Virus record (IMG/VR): IMGVR_UViG_3300033076_001320
Coordinates: 1-25,620 of that record
Length of the DNA stretch: 25,620 bases
Direction: 5' to 3' (one strand)
Origin: a virus
Lineage: Duplodnaviria > Caudoviricetes
Notes under the pieces: model-generated
Databases searched by the model: none
Seen by the model: the letters and a program-made list of their open reading frames with translations, nothing else
What the model was told of the DNA's origin: nothing
Part shown: piece by piece, positions 8,634 through 17,021 of the stretch
Layout: each line of letters opens with the position of its first letter
Position numbering within the stretch: the stretch's first letter is position 1
Translations under genes and position numbers: made by a program

Positions 8634-8788
8634 GACCGAATGTTCTCCAATGCGAGCTGAGACACTGACATAATTAAAAGCCTCCCTATCATTTCCTTCT
8701 GCGAATAATAGGAATTCATGAAATGGCCTGTAGCAATCCCGAAAGCGAAGAAGCAAGCAAGCTCTAATTTCAAAATTGCCTTAATCAT
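8630..8788 (-). CDS. Small hydrophobic protein in the lysis cassette, 52 aa (not in ORF track)
   Basis: MIKAILKLELACFFAFGIATGHFMNSYYSQKEMIGRLLIMSVSQLALENIRS. ATGA overlaps at both ends and an AAGGAG RBS. Confidence 0.75.
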   Translation of the reverse strand: MIKAILKLELACFFAFGIATGHFMNSYYSQKEMIGRLLIMSVSQLALENIRS

Positions 8789-9006
8789 TTTGTGCTCCTT
8801 AAGAAGTCTGAGAATCTATCAAAATAAGTCATAATGAATGTTCCCAATGCTGCAGCAAACATGCAAATCCCACCCCATTTTGCGGCCAGCTTATCATAAT
8901 CATTGACTCTTTTTTCAAGAGTCTCTATTTTTGTTTTATTCTCTTCATGAAGAGCAATAAGGTTTTCTATTCTCTCTTCAAGAACAGCAATCGTCGTCTG
9001 GCTCAT
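8785..9006 (-). CDS. Coiled-coil protein with a C-terminal TM helix (holin/XhlA-like lysis-associated)
   Basis: GAGGAGG RBS, heptad-like N-terminus, hydrophobic WGGICMFAAALGTFIMTYF, located at the head of the lysis cassette. Confidence 0.6.
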   Translation of the reverse strand: MSQTTIAVLEERIENLIALHEENKTKIETLEKRVNDYDKLAAKWGGICMFAAALGTFIMTYFDRFSDFLRSTK

Positions 9007-11157
9007 TTATTCCTCCTCAGAGAGTCTAGACAAAGGTGATAATCTTTTAGAAATTTGCTCCGGAGAAATGTAACCTGGAATATTTACTTTAAGAGCTTTT
9101 CTTTCTGCAGGAGCACTTGCTGCTTTCAGTCTTGCAAGTATTTGTCTCTGCTTAGCAGGATCTGTTTCTAAAAGCATCGATGTGATATCTCCTGCAGTGT
9201 TCCTATTTATGCCTGTAGCATAATTTTGGAGTGCCTTTTTTGCCCTTCCTAGGGTGAAACCAGAGATGTCTCCGGAGAGCAGAGATGCTGCTGCTTGAGG
9301 ATCCATTCCTGCAAGATCCTGCTGCTCTGCAAGCCTCAAAGCAGAACGGCTGTTTCCTAACATTCTCCCACTCATAAGATGCTGCTTCTCTTGACGCATC
9401 AATGCGGCACGAAGTTTATTGAAGTCTTCCCTTGGAAGTATTGTTTGCAGATTGTCTCTATATTCCTGCCTGCCGAAGATCTTTCTTGCCATATTCAAGC
9501 GATCTGGAGTCGAGTTCACAGTGTCTCGAAGTGACTGTGCAGCGCCTAGGCGGAAAAGCTCTTTTTCGTGGTCTCCCAAAGAGTCAAAATATTTCTTGAC
9601 ATCCGAGGTGTCCATCTTCAAGATGTTTCCGCCTTGCTCAAGAGCTTCTTGACCACTCATCGCACCCGCCCATATGCCTCGAGCCTCTTTATATTTCCCT
9701 GTCACATCAGCCTCATCCAGTGCAGAGGTCAGGTCTCTCCGGAGGTTGTTTATTATGCGACCTTCATTTGTTCCACGAGCTGCCCTCCATTGATCGTCCA
9801 AAGCACGCTTAACATAATCGAGTGTTTGCATTTTTAGACCAGAAGCAACTCCTCCAGGAATATGCTGACCAGCAAGCTGAGATTGCTCAAGAAGATCAGG
9901 GTCTGTCAGGCCAACAAGCTTTCTATCATTCTGCATTAATTCTGCAGCCTTTTTGAGTGCAGCGGAGCCTGCAGGAGTGGAAAGAATGCGATCAATTTCT
10001 TTCGAAGCAACAGAAGGATTTCCTTTGTAGACTTCTTGATAAAGTGGTTTCACTGCTTCGTCTGCATCCTGCATTATTTTTTCTGCAGTTGAAGCAGCAT
10101 CTCCACTAGAGATGTATTGGCTGATTGCACTTTTTACATTTTTAGGCTCTGAAGCAATTCTTTTCGCGACAAATTTTGCTGCTTGATTGGCAGATTGTCC
10201 TGGAAGATTTGCAGCTGCTTCTGCAAGCCTTTCAATGTTGCTTCTGCCTACATCGACGATAGCGGAGCCTGCAGGCGCTTTAGAAAGCCTAGAAGCAATC
10301 CCTTCAGGGGTAAGCTGATCCTCAGCCATTCTTTGCAGAACCTTTTCTGCTGCTGTTGCAGGAGCCTGTGAAGGAAGAACAGCGCTCGCTGCATTGCGTA
10401 TCGCTGGAACAACAAATTCTAATCCTTTTTTTATCGCAGCAGAGCCAAGAGGGATGGCAGCAGGAATAAGGCCAAAAGGGGCTGCTTGCTCAGCACTCTC
10501 AATGCGAGAGCCATCTTCTCCTGCGCCAGCCCCATATAGTGCTGCAGCGGGTACACCCGTAGCAGCAAGTTTGCCCGCTTGCCCGACTTTTGAACCAGCG
10601 CGAATCCAATCATTAACTTTGGCTGCAACATTTGCGACATCTTTTGAACCTTTCATTATTGTTGGTGCTGCACCTGCTGCTTTCAGCATAGCACCACCCA
10701 TCCCTATTCCTGTTGCAAGCTGGCTTGCAATAGAAGTTGCAGGATTCTCTTCAAGCTGCGCCTTCAGGCGCGCATTTGTTTGTTTGCGAGCGTCTGTGAA
10801 TAGTTGCTCTGTGTCAAATGCCTTGTCATATGCTCCAGGATCTCCACCCATAAATTTTGGCGCTTGATTCTTGTAATTCAAGTAAGCAGAAGCCAGCAAC
10901 GCACCAAGGTCAGACATAGGTTCATCAAGAAAAGAGCCAACCAAAGGAACGCCTTGCACTCCTTGTTCGAGCACAGTTCTTCCTGTTGATGTGTCTGGCA
11001 CATAAGGAATTTCCTTCTCAGGAGAATTGGATTTTCTTGCTTGTGCCATGCGCTGACGAGCTTTCGCAAGCAATAAAAGCTCTTCCTCATCAGGCTCATA
11101 TTGAGGCTCTGATGGAAATACTTCTTGGAGAACTTTTTGTTGTTCCTCCGGCGTCAT
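9007..11157 (-). CDS. Large internal virion / DNA-ejection protein
   Basis: Probable start ATG 11157 (ATGA overlap, GAGG RBS). Ala/Gly-rich helical protein with a hydrophobic Gly-Ala stretch, last gene of the structural block. Confidence 0.65.
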   Translation of the reverse strand: MTPEEQQKVLQEVFPSEPQYEPDEEELLLLAKARQRMAQARKSNSPEKEIPYVPDTSTGRTVLEQGVQGVPLVGSFLDEPMSDLGALLASAYLNYKNQAPKFMGGDPGAYDKAFDTEQLFTDARKQTNARLKAQLEENPATSIASQLATGIGMGGAMLKAAGAAPTIMKGSKDVANVAAKVNDWIRAGSKVGQAGKLAATGVPAAALYGAGAGEDGSRIESAEQAAPFGLIPAAIPLGSAAIKKGLEFVVPAIRNAASAVLPSQAPATAAEKVLQRMAEDQLTPEGIASRLSKAPAGSAIVDVGRSNIERLAEAAANLPGQSANQAAKFVAKRIASEPKNVKSAISQYISSGDAASTAEKIMQDADEAVKPLYQEVYKGNPSVASKEIDRILSTPAGSAALKKAAELMQNDRKLVGLTDPDLLEQSQLAGQHIPGGVASGLKMQTLDYVKRALDDQWRAARGTNEGRIINNLRRDLTSALDEADVTGKYKEARGIWAGAMSGQEALEQGGNILKMDTSDVKKYFDSLGDHEKELFRLGAAQSLRDTVNSTPDRLNMARKIFGRQEYRDNLQTILPREDFNKLRAALMRQEKQHLMSGRMLGNSRSALRLAEQQDLAGMDPQAAASLLSGDISGFTLGRAKKALQNYATGINRNTAGDITSMLLETDPAKQRQILARLKAASAPAERKALKVNIPGYISPEQISKRLSPLSRLSEEE

Positions 11158-12380
11158 TTCATGCCTCTCTTGCGGAGAATTGTGTCCTTCTCTTCTGCAG
11201 TTAAATGACTCCACAGGTCTTTGTCTATTCCTTGAGGAATCAGCTCAACTTCACCACCTTTTTCTCCAGCATGAGTCGCAGAATTCCCGGAAGAAGCTGC
11301 TCCGAAATAGGTCTGCCAGTCCTTGCGATCAGGATTGAGCACAAATTTTTTAGCATTTCCTGCGTCTGGAGAGAAGATAGGATTGTCGTTCAAATATTTT
11401 TTCCATTGCTGTTCTGCACCACGAAGATGTCCATGAGCTGTTAGATAAGCTTCAAGAAAGTCCGCTTTTGCCATCTGATTTTGTTTTGACAGAATGTAGG
11501 CATTGGAGACATTCTTATTTACCTCATAATCTTTGCCTGTTCCGACAGTCGCTTTTGTAAACATCCGAGCATCAAAGTCGGAGGTCGAGCCAGATCCAGG
11601 AACACGCATTTGAGGTATTATTTCTGAGGCAATTGTATCCATCTCCTGCATACCTTCAGAGATATTCGGAAGTTTTCCTGCAATCGGACCAGTTCCGATT
11701 ATATTATTTTTTGCTTCTTCATTCAGCTGTTGGAATCTCTTCATGCGATCAATTGCAGATTGATACTGCGTAGAGTTCTCCTGCTCTTTATCAACTTTCT
11801 TCTCATATATTTGACGTGCTTGACGTCTTCCTACTTTATCCATTCCTGCATAAGGATCTGGACCAGTATATGCAGGAACTCCGAGAGCAGTAGGGTCTGC
11901 CGCTGCTCCGGAGGTAGTGCCTACACCATCTTCTGAGAGCTTTTGTGCAAGCATAAGCTCTTTCAAGCGCGTCATGTCGTCTTTGTAATCAGAATTTGCT
12001 GCACCTATTAGGTATTTATATTGCAATTCGCGATCTGAATCTAAGAACCCTAGATCTTTTTGCGTCATCTCTCCATAGGTCTTTGCTTGATCTAACCTTG
12101 ATTGTTTCTTTGCTGCATCTTGCTGCAGAAGATATTTAAGTTGATCCTCTGTCCCTTGTCCATATCCTCTGATTCCAGGACTTTTTGCATTCTTGAGCAT
12201 TGCTGCGCCCATAAGTCCATTTTCAACATTCCTTACGTCTGGAGCAGAATATTGCTGTGCCTCTATGAGTTTTCTGTAAGCATCAATAAGAGAGTCTCTC
12301 TTTGCAGAGATATCTTCATTGCTGACCTCTGTCTGGCCAGCTTTTGATAGCATTATTTGTGTCAGTGGAGATTCTGCCAT
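11154..12380 (-). CDS. Putative internal virion / ejection protein
   Basis: Start MAESPL (12380) just after the upstream TAA, with GGAG RBS. Helical and Q/K/A-rich, with a 'PGSGSTSDFD' motif of the kind seen in podophage core proteins. Confidence 0.6.
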   Translation of the reverse strand: MAESPLTQIMLSKAGQTEVSNEDISAKRDSLIDAYRKLIEAQQYSAPDVRNVENGLMGAAMLKNAKSPGIRGYGQGTEDQLKYLLQQDAAKKQSRLDQAKTYGEMTQKDLGFLDSDRELQYKYLIGAANSDYKDDMTRLKELMLAQKLSEDGVGTTSGAAADPTALGVPAYTGPDPYAGMDKVGRRQARQIYEKKVDKEQENSTQYQSAIDRMKRFQQLNEEAKNNIIGTGPIAGKLPNISEGMQEMDTIASEIIPQMRVPGSGSTSDFDARMFTKATVGTGKDYEVNKNVSNAYILSKQNQMAKADFLEAYLTAHGHLRGAEQQWKKYLNDNPIFSPDAGNAKKFVLNPDRKDWQTYFGAASSGNSATHAGEKGGEVELIPQGIDKDLWSHLTAEEKDTILRKRGMK

Positions 12381-12381
12381 A

Positions 12382-13275
12382 TTATTGTGCTCCAGAAGAC
12401 CATGCATTGAGAGTGCCTGCTATATTCGCAAGCGGGGAGTTGTATGATGCCACATTTGCAGGATTTGCAGTTGAATAACTAATCTTTGTGCCTTCTCCTG
12501 TAGGTTGATATCCACGAATGATGCTATTAAGAAGCTGCAACTGCTGCTGAGGATAGTTTACTTGATTCTCGAAATCCTTCGTTGCAAGATCAAGATTTGC
12601 TTGTTTCAGGCTTTGCGGAACTGTGCCAAGCTTCATCATTTCTTCTAGCTGTTTGCGAGCTTCGTCGCCTGAGATCTGTCCGAGAGCACCCATTGTCTGA
12701 CCAGCTTGCATCTGACGCTGCTGTGCTGTTTGATAATTGCTCATTGCATCTTTTTGCGCTTGCTCCAAAGCAGTGGCTTGCTGTCCTAGGATAGATTCAT
12801 TTGTGTCTCGGAGCGCGCGCGCAGTAAAATCAGCATTCCGAGAACCACCGAACTGACCCGCACGTATAAATGTATCATTCACCTCCGGAAGGAGCTTCTC
12901 TCGCAGATTTCTTGCGCCTAATTCTGCAATTCGATCTGTCACTCCTTGAGTGTAAGGAGACATGAACTTCGAGAAATCTTCATTATTGAAAAGCTGCCCA
13001 GCATTTCCAGCGAGGGATGTCGCGGAGTTTAGTGTGGTATTAACTCCAGGAGTGTAGGCTGTAGCATTGTTTATTGCATTTTCCTGTAGTGGATCCAAGC
13101 CAGCGATTCTCGGACCAGTATAGGGTTGGTAGTCTTGACCTGCCACTTGACTTGCTCTGCCTATCAGGCCTTGTGCAGCCGCTTGCCACCAAGCAGGAGC
13201 TGTTGTGCTCTCCCAACTTGGTGCTGTCCAGACGCTTGGTGCATTGCTCTGAAATAGAAAATCTGCAGTACTCAT
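12382..13275 (-). CDS. Putative ejection/pilot protein
   Basis: Gln/Ala-rich, with motifs 'YQPYTGPRIA', 'FMSPY...V' and 'GQFGGSR' recalled from podophage DNA-transfer proteins. ATGA overlap. Confidence 0.65.
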   Translation of the reverse strand: MSTADFLFQSNAPSVWTAPSWESTTAPAWWQAAAQGLIGRASQVAGQDYQPYTGPRIAGLDPLQENAINNATAYTPGVNTTLNSATSLAGNAGQLFNNEDFSKFMSPYTQGVTDRIAELGARNLREKLLPEVNDTFIRAGQFGGSRNADFTARALRDTNESILGQQATALEQAQKDAMSNYQTAQQRQMQAGQTMGALGQISGDEARKQLEEMMKLGTVPQSLKQANLDLATKDFENQVNYPQQQLQLLNSIIRGYQPTGEGTKISYSTANPANVASYNSPLANIAGTLNAWSSGAQ

Positions 13276-14315
13276 GCTACTTTACCTACATAAGCCAATG
13301 GGCTTTTTGCTTTTGGTGGCAAGGCTCCTTTTTTCATTGCAGGAGCCTTTGTTTGTCTTACTTGCTTTAACATTGCATCGAGTGCCTTGGCACCAGCAAC
13401 AGAATTTCCGTCTCCTAAGTGAGAGACGACATCTGCAGGAATTACATACTCTCCTTCGGAGAGCTTGGCATGAACAGTATCTGCTTGACCCTTCATCGAA
13501 TCTATTGCAGGAACCTTCCCACCTCTTGCGAATTTTATTGGCTCTGCTCCAACTTTATCAAAGAATTTAACTTCTGGCCTTGTGCCATAACTATAATAGT
13601 CAACAGAGGGATTTGTCTGAACTCTCTGAAGTGGAGAAGAATTTAGTGATGCAATAAATTTCTCTGCTTGCTGATCTTGTTTTGCTTTGTCTGCATTCAT
13701 TTGATTTAAAATGTCTTGCTGATTCAACATTCCACGAGATTCTTCTCCTCTCAAAGCATCAACAATGCTAAGAACAGAAGTTGCATCCTTGAGAGATGGA
13801 TTTGAAATCGCATCTGAAAGCCTAGAAAGAATTCCTTGTGGCTGTCCTGCAGACATATAATCTGACATGCTAGAGTTTGGCAGAATTTTACCTGCCATGA
13901 CATCTTTTATCCAAGGAAAATTAGTTTTTGATGCAGAAGAAGCTGCTTGTGTCTGCCAAGGAAATTTCTCTGCTGTTTGAGAGCTTCCGCCAGATAAGAA
14001 TGATAAAGGAGAGCTGCCACTACTACCTCCACCAAGCAATCCTCCTGCCAATGATCTTAACGGAGAGAGTGCGCCATAAGCGCCGCTGTTTAGTGAATCT
14101 AGGAATCCTATTCCTGATGCTCCGGGAATGCCGCCAAAAATTCCAGAACCAAGTCCGCTGGTTAATCCTCCCAGCAATGCGCCTTTTAAACCACCACCCC
14201 CAAGAGCTCCGCCTGCTGCGCCAAGTGCTGCTGCTCCAAGTGGACCAATTCCTGGAATGAAAGATGCTGCGACAGGTAATGCGATCTTTGCGACCGACTT
14301 AAGACCCTTGCTCAT
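13272..14315 (-). CDS. Gly-rich virion protein (putative membrane-penetrating ejection protein)
   Basis: N-terminal hydrophobic Gly/Ala/Leu stretch (GxxxG-rich). C-terminal 'FARGG...D.V.A.LSEGEYVIPADVV..LGDGNS.AGA' domain. Confidence 0.65.
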   Translation of the reverse strand: MSKGLKSVAKIALPVAASFIPGIGPLGAAALGAAGGALGGGGLKGALLGGLTSGLGSGIFGGIPGASGIGFLDSLNSGAYGALSPLRSLAGGLLGGGSSGSSPLSFLSGGSSQTAEKFPWQTQAASSASKTNFPWIKDVMAGKILPNSSMSDYMSAGQPQGILSRLSDAISNPSLKDATSVLSIVDALRGEESRGMLNQQDILNQMNADKAKQDQQAEKFIASLNSSPLQRVQTNPSVDYYSYGTRPEVKFFDKVGAEPIKFARGGKVPAIDSMKGQADTVHAKLSEGEYVIPADVVSHLGDGNSVAGAKALDAMLKQVRQTKAPAMKKGALPPKAKSPLAYVGKVA

Positions 14316-14742
14316 TAGTTATTTCTCTTGCATATAATACTCCAGATTCCTTAAGTGCAGGAACCAATCGTGAAAACCCTCTGCGGGCTGTTGTTAAATA
14401 GAACTTGCATCCATTTTCTCTGGCATAGCCAACCATGGTTTTATCCATATGATCAACCCAGACTTTTACTCCATCACCACAAAGATGAAAGACATTCACA
14501 ACTTTCACCTTGTCAGAGACGAATCCTATATTTGTCAAGAAACACCCTTTCAACTCATCTTCTTCCATGAGAATCCAGAGCTGTGCTGTTAATTTCTTGC
14601 AATCTTCTTTCAGATCCTCTAGAGACGTAAACTCAATATCTCCAATGTCTGGATTCTCCAGAAAATGCAGACACTTAGACCACAGGTCGTCAACCATGAA
14701 TGGCTCAACTCGTATGCAATAAGGAGTTTTTTGCTGTTCCAT
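14299..14742 (-). CDS. GNAT-like virion assembly protein
   Basis: Predicted alpha/beta pattern 'QLWI...', 'LCG.G...W...M...AR.NGC......R.G..R'. Sits between the nozzle-like and ejection genes, where podophages often carry a GNAT-fold gene. Confidence 0.5.
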   Translation of the reverse strand: MEQQKTPYCIRVEPFMVDDLWSKCLHFLENPDIGDIEFTSLEDLKEDCKKLTAQLWILMEEDELKGCFLTNIGFVSDKVKVVNVFHLCGDGVKVWVDHMDKTMVGYARENGCKFYLTTARRGFSRLVPALKESGVLYAREITNEQGS

Positions 14743-14745
14743 AAT

Positions 14746-14976
14746 TTACTTAGCCATTGTATTATACATCATTATTCCCCATTTTCTCCAAGTTGGAAAG
14801 TGTTCTGTTGTTGGAACCCCTCTTGCAGAAAATGTTGGAGAGCTAGCCAATTTATTCCCCCATTGACGCCAGTTCTCTTCTTTTAATTCCATAGGAATCA
14901 GGTCTCTAGTGTTGAAATCAACAAGCAGAGACTCAGCAAATTCCCGGAAGGTTGTGTTTTCTGATGGGCAGATCAT
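14746..14976 (-). CDS. Hypothetical phage structural-region protein, 76 aa
   Basis: ATGA overlap with the upstream gene. Trp-rich 'W..W...P....F..W..W' pattern. Confidence 0.75.
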   Translation of the reverse strand: MICPSENTTFREFAESLLVDFNTRDLIPMELKEENWRQWGNKLASSPTFSARGVPTTEHFPTWRKWGIMMYNTMAK

Positions 14977-16499
14977 TGTCTTCCGTCTCCTATTATTGCT
15001 GTCATCATTGACTGCCCGAGCTGATAATCTCCGCCAGTTGTATTGCTCTCAAATATGAGCGTCATTTGGCGTCTTTGCTCTTTCATATCAATTTTTCCAG
15101 TCGTTTCAGTAAATGTATAAGGATCAGACCGAACAATATCATCCGAAGCCGCATAAGGTCTCCCAGACACTACGACACTCATGTCGCCAGTTTGAACAAA
15201 ATCAGGCTCAATTCTGAGCAATTCAACCCATCTGTCAAGCCCCTGAAAATCCTCTCCAAATATGGAGTCATTATAAGATATATTTGCAGTTTCGAAGTAA
15301 GAGCGAATGGCGTATATATTTATTCCTTCCTGCCTATCAACCCCATATTCATGCTGCCACATTGAATACTTTCCGACAGAATTTGCATCCAAACCGAACA
15401 TAATAGGGTAAGGAAAGAAATTGCTGTAAATTCCAGAGCTTCTTGCATTCTGGCCGCCTGACCAAGCTGTGTCATACCAAGTATTCTCCTTGACGTTGTA
15501 TATTATGACATCCGTGCATTCTGTCGCATCTCCGCGAGGATAGAACCACCAAAGCTCATTGTATCTTGGAACTTTTATGCCCCAGATTTTTTGACGTTGC
15601 TGCTTATTATAATTATCATAAAAATAATTCACATTCATGTCATTCGGGAGGTCTTCAATAGCTCCGGAGAAGGTTTTGAAGCCATTGAGGTCTGGCCAGA
15701 AATATCTACCGTTGTATTCAATAACAGCAGAAGTAGATATAAGGGATGTGTCTCCGATATAATCGAAATTAAAGATGGCTGCTCCTCCGACAAAATAAGC
15801 TCTATAAAGCTCGTCCAGTGACCATATAAGGCCAGAGGGAGAATAGCCGCTGCCACCCCTTGTTCGAACACCTTTTATGAGTTTATTTGGAGCAATTCTA
15901 GCGCTGCCAGAGCCAGCACCAGCGAAGTCATTTGGCTTGTTTGGGACAGACCAGATAACATAACCATCATTGTCCAGACCAAGAAGATAAGGAAACAAAG
16001 AAATAACCCCGCCAGAGACAGAGGTTCCAGTAGATGTTAAGGCTGCAGTTCCATCCTCATCTCCATAGTATATTGGTGTCTGCACAGTGGAATCTATAGC
16101 AGAGAGATTCTGTCCTGCATGAGCTATAACTCTTTTTGCAGAGGTTGCTGCATCATAAAGACCATCAAATTGCCACAGATTGTCTGTGCTTGAGGCGAAT
16201 CCTGCTGGGGTTCTTGTTATTATGCCACCACCAGCACCTGTATTGTCAACAATGATCATCTCAAGCTCAGAGGATGAGCCTCCATAGACATAGTTGAATC
16301 CATTCTTCCCATCAATGTGCGAGCCGCGAACTGGACCAGTAAATGTGTCTGTTATCTGGCGATAACCACCTATCTTGCGTGGCTTTCCTCTCTGAAACCG
16401 GCACCATAATGCGTCAGAGTAATAATTGCTCTCAAAATTCGTGCCATCGCGCTTGATGCCAGATTTTGACAGAATAGGATATAAGCCTTCAACTTGCAT
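14973..16499 (-). CDS. Tail nozzle / head-closure (P22 gp10- or T7 gp12-like) protein
   Basis: 508 aa, beta-rich and propeller-like. Motifs 'GIKRDGT', 'RFQRG.PRKIGGY', 'ELWWFYP...ATEC...IIYN..E..WYD' and 'RIEPDF.Q.G'. Synteny supports the call. Confidence 0.7.
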   Translation of the reverse strand: MQVEGLYPILSKSGIKRDGTNFESNYYSDALWCRFQRGKPRKIGGYRQITDTFTGPVRGSHIDGKNGFNYVYGGSSSELEMIIVDNTGAGGGIITRTPAGFASSTDNLWQFDGLYDAATSAKRVIAHAGQNLSAIDSTVQTPIYYGDEDGTAALTSTGTSVSGGVISLFPYLLGLDNDGYVIWSVPNKPNDFAGAGSGSARIAPNKLIKGVRTRGGSGYSPSGLIWSLDELYRAYFVGGAAIFNFDYIGDTSLISTSAVIEYNGRYFWPDLNGFKTFSGAIEDLPNDMNVNYFYDNYNKQQRQKIWGIKVPRYNELWWFYPRGDATECTDVIIYNVKENTWYDTAWSGGQNARSSGIYSNFFPYPIMFGLDANSVGKYSMWQHEYGVDRQEGINIYAIRSYFETANISYNDSIFGEDFQGLDRWVELLRIEPDFVQTGDMSVVVSGRPYAASDDIVRSDPYTFTETTGKIDMKEQRRQMTLIFESNTTGGDYQLGQSMMTAIIGDGRQ

Positions 16500-17021
16500 T
16501 TATAGCCCCAAAGCAAAATAGATTAAAGTGCCTCTTAGCGCTCCTCTTAGAAAATCTCCAAACATTGCAGAGCTCTTTCCTGGAGCAATTTTTCCTGCAG
16601 CGTAAAATAGAAAGCCGCAAAAGAACATTGCTAATCCAAGAAGCCAAGAGATCGAATTAAAAAAGAAAGAGAGAGTGATGAAAGTTGGCATGTCATAAAG
16701 ATGACGAATGCCTTTCATTATTGCTCCGCGAATTTTATTTGATTCTGGACTATATTTTTTTATCAATAGTGCGCCTATTTTTCTTATTGTTGGATGATAT
16801 TTGTCTTTGCTAAAATCTCCAGACAGCTCATCGAAGCTCCATCCGGAGGAGAAATATATGGCAGAGCCTCCAAGAACAATCATGAAAGCAACAAACGAAT
16901 TTGAGATTATTCCAGCGAGAATTGCAGGGACAATGCATCGACAAGTCACAGTGTCTGCTTTGAACAAGCCTCTTCCTGCAATCATATCAAGCAATGCAAT
17001 ATTCAGAATAAAATTTATCAT
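16500..17021 (-). CDS. Multi-pass membrane protein of unknown function
   Basis: Several hydrophobic segments. Coupled to both neighbours (ATGA overlap upstream, TAA-ATG downstream). AT-rich. Confidence 0.75.
   Translation of the reverse strand: MINFILNIALLDMIAGRGLFKADTVTCRCIVPAILAGIISNSFVAFMIVLGGSAIYFSSGWSFDELSGDFSKDKYHPTIRKIGALLIKKYSPESNKIRGAIMKGIRHLYDMPTFITLSFFFNSISWLLGLAMFFCGFLFYAAGKIAPGKSSAMFGDFLRGALRGTLIYFALGL

Noticed and set aside
8634-8756. N-terminal extension of the endolysin given in the ORF track (start 8756)
   Set aside because: The region is better explained by the 52-aa ORF in another frame with ATGA coupling, and ATG 8633 has its own RBS.
8630-8788. The 52-aa ORF as an o-spanin lipoprotein
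   Set aside because: The residues before Cys12 (LELAC) do not form a canonical lipobox, the hydrophobic stretch follows the Cys rather than preceding it, and the protein is not Pro-rich.
14299-14976. Same-frame neighbours separated by one TAA (14746/14742; also 9007/9006, 16500/16499, 22231/22227) as further interrupted genes
   Set aside because: Each downstream ORF starts with its own ATG at or within one codon of the stop, and the flanking proteins look like distinct types. This is ordinary tight packing, unlike the SDR and dnaE stops, which fall inside a single recognisable protein.
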